In this document: positions 52,252 through 64,000 of the stretch, one piece after another | Position numbering within the stretch: the first letter of the stretch is position 1 | Layout of the letters: every line of letters begins with the position of its first letter | Assembly (NCBI GenBank): GCA_028534125.1 | Contig: CM052816.1 | Location: forward strand, 29,204,001-29,268,000 | Direction of reading: 5' to 3' | Source of the DNA: Lama glama | Taxonomy: Eukaryota | Length of the DNA: 64,000 nt | Made by a program: the position numbers and the translations under genes | The notes under the pieces: model-generated | What the model saw: only the letters and a program-made list of their open reading frames with translations | Databases searched by the model: none | Told to the model about the DNA's origin: nothing

Positions 52252-53071
52252 TGTTATTGAGATATAATTGATATGTAGCACTGATAAGTTTAAGGTCTAC
52301 AGCATAATGATGTGACCTACATACATCATGAAATGATTACCACATAGGTTTAGTGACCATCCACCATCTGATACAGATACAAAAATAAAATGTATATATT
52401 TTCCCTTGTGATGAGAACTCTTAGGTTACTATCTTAACAACTTTCATATATAGCATATAGCAGTGTTGATTATATTTATCATGCTGCACATTATATCCCT
52501 AGTACTTATTTATCTTATAACTGGAACTTTGTGTCTTATTCCCACTTTCATCCAGTTTCCCTTCCCCTCATCCTCTTCTAGTAACCACAAATTTGAACTC
52601 TTTTTCTATGAGTTTGTTTTTGAAGTATAAGTGACTTACAACACTGTTAGTTCATGTTACACAACAGTGATCTGATATTTCCATACCTTTCAAAGTGATC
52701 ACCACAAAAAGCCTAGTTACCATCTGTCACCATAGAGATATTACATTACTGCTGACAGTATTCTCCACACTATACATTTCATACCTGTGACTCATTTATT
52801 TTGTAACTGGAAACTTATACCTCTTAACCTCCTTTACCTATTTCCCCATCTCCCTTCTCTCCCCTCTGGCAACCACCTGTTTGTTCTCTGGATTTATGAC
52901 TGTTCCTGTTTTGCTATGATTCGTTCATTTTGTTTTTTAGATTCCACACAGAAGGGTGATCATACAGTGTTTGTCTTTCTCTGTCTGGCTTATTTCACAT
53001 AATACCCTCTAGATCTATCCATGTTGTCAGAAATATCAAGATTTCATTCTTTTTATGGCTGAGTAGTATTC

Positions 53072-53125
<54 letters not shown>

Positions 53126-53537
53126 ACACACCACTTTATCCAGTCATCTGTTCATGGGCATTTAGGTTGCTTCCATATCTTAGCTATTTTAAATAAGGCT
53201 GCAATGAACAGTGACATGTCTATATCTTTTGAATTAATGTTTTTATTTTCTTTGGATAAATACCTGTAAGAGGAAATGCTGTATTATATGGTAGCTCTAT
53301 TTTTAATTTTTTGAGGAACCTCCATGCTGTTTTCCATAGTGGCTGCACCAGTTTACATTCCCACCAAGAGTGCATGTGCACAAGGTTTCCCCTTTCTCCA
53401 CATCCTCACCAACATTCATTATTTGTTATCTTTTTGATAATAGCCAGTCTGACGGGTGTGAGGTGATATCTCACTGTGGTTTTGATTTGCATTTCCCTGA
53501 TGATTAGTGATGTTGAGCACCTTTTCATGTATCTGTA
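52252..53537 (-). mobile_element. L1 3' end (L1MA-like/laurasiatherian) containing (GT)25
   Basis: ttattgagatataattga...ccttgtgatgagaactcttagg...tttgcatttccctgatgattagtgatgttgagc. Confidence 0.88.
53074..53123. repeat. Perfect (GT)25 microsatellite
   Basis: Read directly. Confidence 0.95.
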
Positions 53538-55404
53538 TTAAAATAATCCTAATTAAGACAGTGTATTCAACTGCTTGATATTTATCCCCAGTGACCACAG
53601 ATCATTGTAACAATTACACATGTCATTAAATGTGCCCTGGATTACAGGTGGAATAAAGTAGAACGTACACAAGTAGTACATAAATCCACTTGCAACTTTT
53701 AAATTGTTTACTTCCAAAGAAATTGAATTGACCTAGGTAATCTGTGTTCAGACCAGAGAAGTGTAGTTGATAGCAAGACTATCAAAAAATTTGGACTTCA
53801 TCAAGCTCCTGACAACTTTCTCTCATTACCTTTGCATTGATACATTATGCTCTTAGCTGGGCAAGAAAATGCTGATGTGAAACTTCAGCACTATTATAAA
53901 AATGAAATTGTTCTTGGATCTCTGAGGAAGAACTCTTTGTATGAAAATCCTGGAGTCTGAAGAACCAGTTTTGCACAAGGCAATTCTTTAATAACTCCTC
54001 TTCCTTCTCCTCCTCCCTACACCCCCCTCAGTTTGCAGCACTGCACAGGTGAGGCTTCAGAAAACTGACTTTGAGCAATTCCTTCTTGTGTGACTCCGTG
54101 TGTTATTTGGGGAACAGTGATGGGTAGAACGGAAGGCTTTCTGCAAGGTCAATGCACTACCTTTATGACACATGTACACAGTCCCTTCTAAATCTAGATA
54201 TAAAAAGGACGTACTTAGTTCAAAGGAGAAAAGATTAAACAGAAGGTGTGGGGGTGCTCTGTGCACGTGCGTCTCCTTCCACTCTGGCAGTGAGTGTTTG
54301 CCATTACGGCAGCCCCAGATCTTTGTCCTCAACCTCTCTAGGCCTCCTGGTGACTTGGTTCTTTAGACACAGAATCTCGTGAACTCAAGGATCCCAACTT
54401 GCCCCAGTGGCCCACCAAGACGGGCTTCGAATCCTTCTGACAAAACTAATCTGGGAAATGCTGACCTCAACTCATTAGTGAGGTTGTAAGCATAACTGGG
54501 CAGCTTTCCTTAAGTTCACATTTAGCCTCAGCCTTCCACAAAAGGGGAAGAAGGAGGAAGGGAGGGAGGGAGGATGGAAGAGCTCAGCTTGAAAATGGAC
54601 TTCCTGAAACGAAAGCACTGGTGAGCTTGTTAAAGATTTTAAGTCTGACAGTCCAGCTTTCCCAGACCATGGCAGCTATAAAGGGAGCATAATTATACTT
54701 AAGAGAAGCCACCTGCATTTTGAAGTTACCCTAAATTTAAAGCTTCTGCAAGACTTAATTAAATTTAATGAAAACCACAGTTGCTTAATAAAGATGTATT
54801 GTAGCTCCCACTTAGTGATTCCTGAGGATATTAAGTAGCAATCATGAAGATACCTCAGCTTTCACATTTAAGCCTCTGGATATTAACGCCCAAATATAAA
54901 TATAGAATCTCTACAAATAAGGTAATACTCTCTTCTTTTAAGAAGAAAGAAAATCAAAACCAGAATAGAAGGGGGGGAAAAAAAGAGAGACAGAGAAAGA
55001 AGGAAGTTCATGGAAGTTATCCCAAGTGTGAGAGGACAGTGTCCTGACTGACTTCAGCCCCTCCACCACCCCACCACTCCCTCCACGGGCATTTCTTTTG
55101 TTTTTAAAAGAATTATGTTATTTGACATTGCAGAATAAGTCACCTGGCACGTTCAGATCAGGATGGACATCCATCATTTGCAACATCAAAATATGTGGCT
55201 TGTTATGTGCCCATGGTAATTTTCCTTAACCTGGACTATTTATATGTAGAAATCATCATGATCCTTTTGGTGGATTTTAGCAACAGGATGGAAGAGACAG
55301 TGAAAGCTGACACCAGACAGAAATTCTCCTCTAGTACTATTTCAGAGAGAAGAGGGAGATGAAGTGGCCTAATCTGGCTTCACAGAGGGCAACCAGACAG
55401 TCCA

Positions 55405-55580
55405 GGACAGGATGCCCAAACATCAATGTGCATCAGAATCCCCTGGAGGGGGACTGCTGGACCCTATCCCCAAAGTTTCCGATTCAGTAGGTATGAAGTG
55501 GAGCACAAACACTTGTCTAAGAAATTCCAGGGGGTGCTAATACTACTGGTCCAAAGATCATATTTTGAAAATCACTGGTC
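55405..55580. mobile_element. MER5A-like MITE
   Basis: tgcatcagaatcccctggaggg...gattcagtaggt...tttgaaaatcactg. Confidence 0.7.
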
Positions 55581-56864
55581 TAAGATATACTGTCCCAGAA
55601 GTTTAAAAAATGGAGGTATTATTTAGGAAATGGTTTGGTATTAAGTGAATCCAATCCAAAACATAGAACATAGGGTTGAGATAACTAAGCCATCAGTGAC
55701 AGAAAGTAGGTGGGTAGTGGCTGAGCCCCAGAAATATGCCCCCTAAGGGCAGGTCCTTCACCACAAGATGGGGAGGTAAGTCTCACCCTAGGAAAGGTGA
55801 ACAGAGCCGGATGGGGTCCTATAGCCAAGATCCACATGCTGGAATCAGATCAGGACCTCAGCCCTAAAGGGAACCAGACAATATGTTGTGGAAGGTCCCT
55901 GGGGGCTGACAATGAAATCTGGAACAGCGAGCTGCATGGAAGGGAAGCCCAGAGTGTCTCCTACTCACAAGAAAGATCTGATCCCACTAGTTCACATTCC
56001 CTCCCTTTTGAAAAGATCTGAACTAACTCTACAGAACAGGAGAAATGTAATCTCTCCTGCTTCATGAAGCAAAACCAAAAATCAACAGATTATACCAGAA
56101 AAAGTATTTCATCATTACACTGAATTACCTAACACTTAGTACAGCCCATTTTCCTAAGGAAGTCCTTCCCTGCTGCAGGAAAAAGAGAGTTTTCCATCAC
56201 TAGAGGTAACCAAGAAAAGGCTGTACAAACACCCACCAGGTACATTAAAAAAGGAATTCAATTATCCAGTGGGATGGATATTGATTGATAGTATTCATCC
56301 TATTGATTCTAAATTCTCTGAATTATCTCTATTAAGCTACTTTTTAGAAACAGAGTCAACATCCTTATCACCATTTCCATATTTATGTGTAAAATGTTTC
56401 TGTGGGTACTGTCATTTCAAAAGACAATGAAAACTGGGTATTTGCCTTGCAAAGTTTAACATAAATGACACTGTGCTTTTTCACACTGGCCAGTTCATTT
56501 ATTTTTGACTAGTTGAAGATCATGGTAAGATGTGTCTTACCAGAATCCATGGGTTTGGAGTTCCAAAATTAGAATACCAGTACCTCACAATCCCGAGTGT
56601 GTGCATCTCTTGCCCAATGGTATCTTTACTATCTCAAAGTGTTTTCTTTAATCTTTGATGCACTCTTTCTTCTGGTCTTTCTACTGCTCACACTGTAAAC
56701 TTTTAAAATAAATGTGCTTAGGCATCAACCCTGTGATGTTTATTATAAAACCTGGCAAATTTTTAATGGGATCGTTATAAATGCTGCTTGTTAAACCCAA
56801 GTGAAACTACAGGTACATCAATATTTTAAGTGGAAAGCACATCAAGGCAACATGCCACAAAGAC

Positions 56865-57230
56865 TTAGGAGATTAGTGATGTGAGCTGGGTTTGACTCCT
56901 GGAGCCACTACCTCCTAACTCTGCGACTTTGGGAAAGTTTATTCTTTGGGGGAAAGTATGATGAAAATTGCACATAACTCACAGGAAGAGAATGCAATAA
57001 TGCAGGTGGGGCACCAGCATAATAGATAAGGCAGCAGCATTTCACAGTGATTTACAAAGATTGCCTGTATCCAAATCCCAGATCTGCCACTTAGCTTTAT
57101 GCTGTTGATCAAGGTATTTAACATCCCCAGACCTGTTTCCTTGTCTTTATAATAGGGGTAGCAATACCATCTACCTCATAGGCTGGTTGTGATGATTAGC
57201 TGGGATAATACTTGGAAAACCCCTGGCACA
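56865..57230. mobile_element. MIR fragments
   Basis: caaatcccagatctgccactta...tacctcataggctggttgtgatgatta. Confidence 0.7.
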
Positions 57231-60200
57231 AGCTGCTGCAGGTGGTAGGCAACTCTGGGATGCTGGTTCCTCTCCCAGCATCCTCTTCCCAAGTCTTCCT
57301 ACTCACTTTTCCCTAACCTGCCATCCTACTTTCCCTAGAAGGAAAAAGTACTTGTAAGGCAGAGGCAGAATTCCTTTTAGGGAGAAATCATTGTCTAGGC
57401 ATATACCCTGAAATTCTCATTAGCTGTGAAAAGTGCTCCAGTGACCTGGTTGAGAAAAAGAGCAAAACTGTTAGGAATAATAAAATAAGAGTATAGAGCT
57501 TCTGGAGACATGGGGGTGGTGAGGGCAGATGTGAGAGGAGTCAGCCTGTCGGAAACTTTCCAACTATGGGAGTGGCCAAGGCACCACTAGGAACCAGAGT
57601 CTAGTATATTCCACAAGTAGCCCACTAGGCTAAGCTGTGGGGTAGCTCTTTTATTTTAATTCTAATGCTTCAGTACAGGTCTAGTACATATAATTACCTT
57701 GTCTGGGTGGTTGGCGTATGTGAACAAAAATGAATGCTGTTTCACATTTAGATTCAATGTAATGATAAAAGAAGGGAGTAGCTGAATAAAGAGAGATGAG
57801 AGACTGATAATTCAATGGAATCAGAAAATTATATCAAAAAGTGATTAGAAAAACTACTAGCCACTGTTCCCCTTCCCCAAGAAATATTTGGACAGGCTGG
57901 TGAGGACACTGCATTTCTCACTGTAAGCAGGATCGGGACTCTCTGAAATAATATTAAATGAAAAGTGATCAATGGGGCTGGAAAACTTGGGCCCTGACCA
58001 CCATCCTTCCATCAAGACTGCTGACAGCTTGATTAGGCCAATTCTCTTTTTTCATCACTGATTTCTATTGAACATCCATATACAGCATTATTCCTATGTG
58101 ATAAAGTGAAACACTTGATTTCAAAGGAAGATTAGAACTTTAATGCTCATAGAATCCTAAAATCTTGAAGCCAAAAGACTTTCTGGTGGTGATCTAGTTC
58201 AACCTCTTAATAGCTAGGAAACCAACCTAGAGAATGACTTGCCCGATTTTCATGCAAGTTATCAGCAGCAAATGGACTTCAGTTTTCAGCCAAGGGCAAC
58301 TATCCCTTCCTTATCATTGGGCTGGCTGTTTCAAGTAAGAAAGGGAATAAAATTAAGCCTCAGTATGTAAGGGGCTCACAAAACTAGGGAGCTATTACTA
58401 GTTGTCTGCATATGTTCCTGAGTTGAGATGTTAGTTAATCCATTTTAGCAATGGATAATCTCTTTATTTCAACTACACCAATGAAGTCAATGTATTATTA
58501 TATCAGAGAACTTTCTAATGCTCTTCTTAGAAAATAGTATCATGATGAAACTCATTCTTTGATTTATAAAAGTGAAACTGAACATGAAAACAGGCCTATT
58601 TGATTATCATAACTTCTGAAGTTTTCATTTGCTTTCCTGTGTCTTGAACTGATTTTCAGCTGAGATAAAGTGAATACAGTTGAAAAAATTCAATGCTTGT
58701 ACAAAAAATACAAACTTTTCTTTTTTTGTTGTTACAGTCTAAGTATTGAATAAGCGATTAAGCTAATTTTCACTGAATTTATGAAATGAAAATCAACTAA
58801 ACATTTTGAGTAACTCAATTTGGAGATTTGAAACCTGCGATTTTTTTTTAAAAAGTGGTTGAGTGATAAAGTCATAGCTCTACAGCAATTCAATATGCTT
58901 ACAGTAGTAATAATTCCACTTTAAGAGATATAAAGAAGATAAAGATGAGCTACTATATAGAAATTGGAGTTAACAGACCATGTCTTAGGGTTCTAAGTAT
59001 TATTCTTGTATAATAGTTACAGTTATAAGTCTAATTAATTCAAGAAAGAATTTGACTTTGTCAATGACAAGATTTTAATCAAAAAAATACAAAGAATATT
59101 GATTTAGACATTGGAGGAGAAATGGAGGTTCCAAAGAGTCGGGTCCCTAAGGTGTTGTAAAAGGACACTTAGAGAATGGAACTTTAATATGTAAAGAAAG
59201 GAGGTATAAGGTATAAGCAAAGAGCATATTTTCAAGTCTGCAAAGAGAATCAGAAATTAAAAATGTCAAAGATAAAGGGGCCTCTGTGGTCTAAGTAGTT
59301 ACACCCAGCCTTCTATTCCACCTTCAGTTAGAGAATTTTCTATAATTCCAAAGTTATAGAGTAAAAGTACGGCTAAGCTTTATAGAAACAGCACTCCTCA
59401 GAGCCCCATTCTCCTTAATTAAGGAGTTTATTTTAAGGTAAATTATATTATCCTTAAAGACCGGGATGGAAAATATGTTTAGAGATACTGTTTGGAATGC
59501 ATAGGAGAACAAACACAAGCTAGGAGCTGGCGACTTTGTTTCTCAGTCTGACTCATACCTCTTCCACCATGACCTGAGACAACTCATTAACTTCTCGGAG
59601 TTTCATTGCCATCTGCCAAAGGTGTTTTTTCATTGCTATTTGCCAAAGTTTGTTTTTCAATTGTCAACTCTAAAGAATAGAAACTGACAATTCACATGTG
59701 GAGAAATACATATTTCTTAAACAACTCAGGGAAAATGTTTATCCTCTCATTTTAAAATGCAATTTAAATAAAACGTGAGAAACCACTGAACATCTGCTAA
59801 AGAATAAGAATTTCTTTTAATGATAATAATCCTTAAGAAGTAAGGATAAAATTGGATTCCCTCATTCAATGCAATCAGCTGCTTGGATCAGATATTCTTT
59901 TATTCACTAAATCAACTAAATCTTAAATGCCCAGCCCAGTACACATTAGGAGTTCAATAAATACTCATGACCTGACTATCCCTTGGTGGCCTTGAAAACT
60001 GTTGTTTGGGAATCCATGTGGTTACAGGTAGCAAAACCATGTTTCTGGAACAGCTCACACATTAAGCTGAAACATGAAGGGTGAGGAGAAAGTTTGTTCC
60101 AGTCTGTCCTAACTCACCTCCACTGGCCAATAATTCAGTACTCTTAATTGAACAGAGGAAAAAGAAGACAGGCCTGTTTTTACAGGGAACAGTGAGCCAG

Positions 60201-61239
60201 AAGGTAGTGGTACCAAACACCCCTCTCTCTAACTTCCCAATGTGAAATCTAACGTGAAATACTCTTACAGCCCAGGTGTCCTCCCTTGGGACATGGGCGA
60301 AAGTGATGGCTCACTTTGGACTGAGGCTTGGTTGCCACTGAACCCCACCTTCAGCTGACTATTGAAAAAGGCAAAAGAGTCAAACTGTTGTAACACACAG
60401 TAGCTACCCACCTTCTTATGATGTATTCTGTGAATAGGACTGTGTATCACGATGATATGCCTGTTCCCAATCAGATGCAGGGAACTCTCCTCTTGGTCCA
60501 TCTTCTGCCCATAGAAGGAGAATACACACTTCTTGCCTAATTTCCTCCCATGGGTGTGTGGCTTCAATTGCCTTTTCTTGCTTGGTGATACAAAATGTAG
60601 TAACATTAGGAACTAAAGTACTGTTGCAGTTAGCAGGCATTGACTTGATAAGGCTGTTGCTTTTTTTAATGAGAACTTACCTCTCATAAACACACTGACA
60701 CTTGCTCTCCTTTCCTCCCCTCCTACAGTGGGATAAGCAAAGATGCAACCTTGTGGCTGTAAAGCGCTATTATAAAGCTGCTCTCACCCAATAATTCTAC
60801 CCCTGGAAGTTTTTTCCAAGAAAACTGTTCAGAAGTGAAATGTCCTCAACCATAATGTTTAAATAGAAGGTAGTGGTTCGTGAATGTTGATGTAGATGAA
60901 AAGGGAAGATTAAGGTGATACCTGAGTTTCTGGTTCAGAAAACTGAGTAGATGTTGGTGTCACTGGCTGATGGAGGGAACGCAGGGGGTGTTGGGTAAGA
61001 ACGGGGCTGCTGCATGGGCTGTGCTGTTCTCACTGCCTGGGTGGGGGGGTGGGGGAGGGCCTTTTACAATATCACATTTCATACAAATTCAGACTTTCAC
61101 AATTGTTTAAAGCAAATAAAGGTGACAGTTCAAAATTTTGTTTTCTAAACTGGCCCTCTCAACACCTATGCATGCAGGTCATAACCAGCCCCCAGCCTGG
61201 TCTTGTATAGCGTTTTACCTTATTTACAAAGCTGCTTTA

Positions 61240-61325
61240 AAAAAAAAATGCTACACAGACCATATGTGCCTACAAAGCCTAAAATACTCCCATCATGCAC
61301 TTTACAGAAAACGTTTGCTGACAGT
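61240..61325. mobile_element. MER58-like hAT terminus
   Basis: acagaccatatgtgcctacaaagcctaaaata...ctttacagaaaacgtttgctgac. Confidence 0.6.
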
Positions 61326-62361
61326 TGATTTAACCCATCACTGTTCTTTACTGGCATGCTCGTAACTTCAAAAGACACTCAGGAATATAAAGCTCTTCAG
61401 TCTCCCTTCACATAGTATTCACATGAAATGATACTTTCCCTTCTGTGTTTGCTGGCTGAATTTTATGTCTTCCACGCTGCCTTCACAAACTTCCCCCTGC
61501 CATTGCTCCCTCAATACACAATGCTTTCTACTTCTCCATTTTCTGATTCTGATCAACACCAGACCCAAAAGTTATACAACCAAACTTTTTAAAAGATGGA
61601 TTCTGGATGAGGCTATCAGCAGCTCTTCTATGAGTGAATTTTGAATTTTAGTGCCTCAATATTTTACCTCCTCAGGTATCTTCTTAAATTTCTTAAGCTA
61701 TGTTAACCCGGATGGCTAGATGTCACTCACTGGGCAACTTCAACCGATATACTGCTTACATATGTAATATAATTCTAGATTCATTTTCAGCCAACCCTTG
61801 CAATTTTTCTGTTTTGCCTATTTCTGGGTTTTTAAATGGGTTGTCGTCTTTCCTCTCCCCTCTTAAACAGCTTAGTCCACATCAATCTAAAATCTTCTGC
61901 TCTTCAGAAGATCACTTTCCATAATGTTCAGCTTTTGAGGTTTCTCAACTTCAGAATTTCTCAATGGGATTGGAATGTCATTCAGTTTTCCTGCAATATT
62001 TGTTAACCTAAAAGATAAAGTTAATGTTAAGGTAGTATTATTAAACAGATTATTATTCAAATCTATTTCTCTCTGATATAAAAATCAGATTGTTTGCTTT
62101 AAAATATACACAAAAATCTGTGTGAAAAGTCAGAGGCTGTTCCACGAGTGAGGGTGAAGAGCAGCTCGGCACAGGTGACACACTTAAAAGAGTTTTCAGT
62201 ATACAGAGGAGGCTGACAGATGATGAGATGAAAAAGCAATTTAGGAGAACTAAAGAGCCTTTGGAGTGGACTTGTGAGATCTGGCTCCCCAGAACTCTAA
62301 ATTTCCTCTGATATCACACCTGATTTGCTCTCAGGCACTGTAGTTTGGGGCTGATTGTATC

Positions 62362-62872
62362 AACGCAGAAAAGAGTTAACATGTAGGCCCGATACGGCTA
62401 ACCTTTGAGTTTTGGCAAGGTTGGCCCTTGCTGGCATCTGCGAACTTAAATTTTGAGAAGGTTCCCTTCATTCCCTCACTAAGAACAGTAGTTCCCTGAG
62501 CCCAAATTGTACAAACAATGTGGTGCATGCTAAATACCTGCTTCCCTTCTAGAACCCCAGAATTCTGGTATGTGCTCTGGCAGAAGAAGCCTATGTGACC
62601 AGCCTCCTGATTAAAAACATGGATACTCTGTCTGGCAGACATCTTATGTGTCTCTTCACAATTGAGCATGTCCTGCATGAATCCACAGGGAAAGAACTCT
62701 TGGATGCTTGCACCTGATTTCCTCTGGGCTTCACTCATGCAGCCTTTCCCCTTTCTGATTTTGCTTTGTATCATCTTGATGTAACAAATCATAGTCATGA
62801 GTGATATGCTGAGTTCTAAAAGTTCTTTTAGCAAATCACCAAATCTGGGGGAAATCTTGGGGCTCCTCAACA
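62362..62872 (+). mobile_element. MER68-like ERVL LTR
   Basis: gcagaaaagagttaacat...caaggttggcccttgctggcatctg..aactt...tgtgaccagcc. Confidence 0.78.
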
Positions 62873-63024
62873 CACTATCCTTAGCTACATGTATAGGCCT
62901 GATAGATGCAGGTCAGTTCACATATCCAACATCTCTAGCCACAGTGATAAGTTCAGGGACCTGCTTATAAGCCAATCACAGCTAGTAAGACTAAATGAGG
63001 CCTTTGCTGGGGCTTTTGACAGAA

Positions 63025-63650
63025 CCTATCAGACTGGCTATTACCAAAAAGACAATAAATAAGAAATGGAGAGGATGTGGACAAAAGAGAACCCTTGTGT
63101 ACTGCTGGTGGAGGTGTACATTGGTTCAGCCACTATGGAAAACAGTATGGAGGTTCCTTAAAAAAACTAAAAATGTAACTATCCTGTGGCCCAGCAATTC
63201 TACTTCTGGGTCTTTAGCTGAAGAAGGTGAAAACACTAACTTGAAAAGATATATGCACTCTGATGTTCACTGTAGCATTATTTACAGTAGCCAAGATACG
63301 GAAACAACCTAAGTGTCCATCGACAGATAAATGTATAAAAAAAGTGAGAAAAAAATATTTATCTATATATATATAGATATATGTATAGATACACACACAC
63401 ACACACACACACACACAGGCAAATGGTATATTACTCAGCCATAAGAAAGAATGAAGTCTTGCCATGTGCAAAAACATGGATGGGCTTCCAGCATCATGCT
63501 AATTGAAAGAAGTCAAAAGAAAGTCAGATATCGTTATGGTCTCTCTTATATGTAGAATCTAAAAAGGAAAAAATAGACAAAGAGAACAGATTAGTGAATG
63601 TCAGTGGTGGGGAGTGAGGGGTGGGAGAAATGAGTGGAGGGGATATTAAA
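63025..63650 (+). mobile_element. L1 ORF2 end and 3'UTR
   Basis: ORF 62995..63312 [33 protein letters not shown]. Confidence 0.9.
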
Positions 63651-64000
63651 TATTAAACAGAAATAAATAAAATAATGTGGTATAAAAAGTAACTTATAAA
63701 TAATTAGATATTAAATTTTATGATACCATACAGAGTTCATGACACTAATGCCTAATTGCCAGATACATAACTTTTTTCTATGCCTTCTACACACAATGCT
63801 CATCATTAAATCAACAATAATATACTGAGGTCCTCTACTATGTTCCATTACTGTGCTAAATTCTACAATTCCAAAGTCCTGAGAACGTCTCCCCTGTCTC
63901 TAAACTCTAGATCCCTCAGTCTTATTCCCTAAAGCAAAGTGCTGTGCTGAGCTCCCAGAAGCCCAAATCAGGACTGAAGACATAATTCCCCCAGTTGCTG

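Noticed and set aside
47000..64000. 3' exons of the expected neighbour HSD17B4
   Set aside because: No recognisable coding sequence seen. The gene probably lies beyond the window.

Overview
Mammalian genomic DNA, most likely a camelid (alpaca, llama or camel): it carries about 100-150 bp tRNA-derived SINEs resembling the camelid Vic-1 family and cetartiodactyl-type L1 3' ends. The only protein-coding gene I can support is FAM170A (ZNFD), a spermatid-expressed nuclear protein, on the minus strand. I rebuilt it by hand from four coding exons (13350-13281, 10221-10081, 9368-8594, 8327-8321) with canonical GT-AG introns and consistent phases, giving 993 nt and 330 aa. It also has a 3'-UTR intron, two candidate terminal exons and a promoter with tandem CRE motifs. 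The remaining ~50 kb upstream is intergenic and rich in transposable elements: L1 fragments, ERV solo LTRs with intact TSDs, MER21/MER68/MLT LTRs, L2/MIR/CR1 relics, MER53/MER5/Tigger DNA transposons and one 500-N assembly gap. I see no convincing new multi-gene system. The best second-look items are the FAM170A regulatory and 3'-end architecture, a dimeric SINE under one TSD, a doubly inverted L1 insertion, a foreign segment captured inside an L1, and a strong CTCF site. Repeat family names come from my memory of consensus sequences, not from a search.
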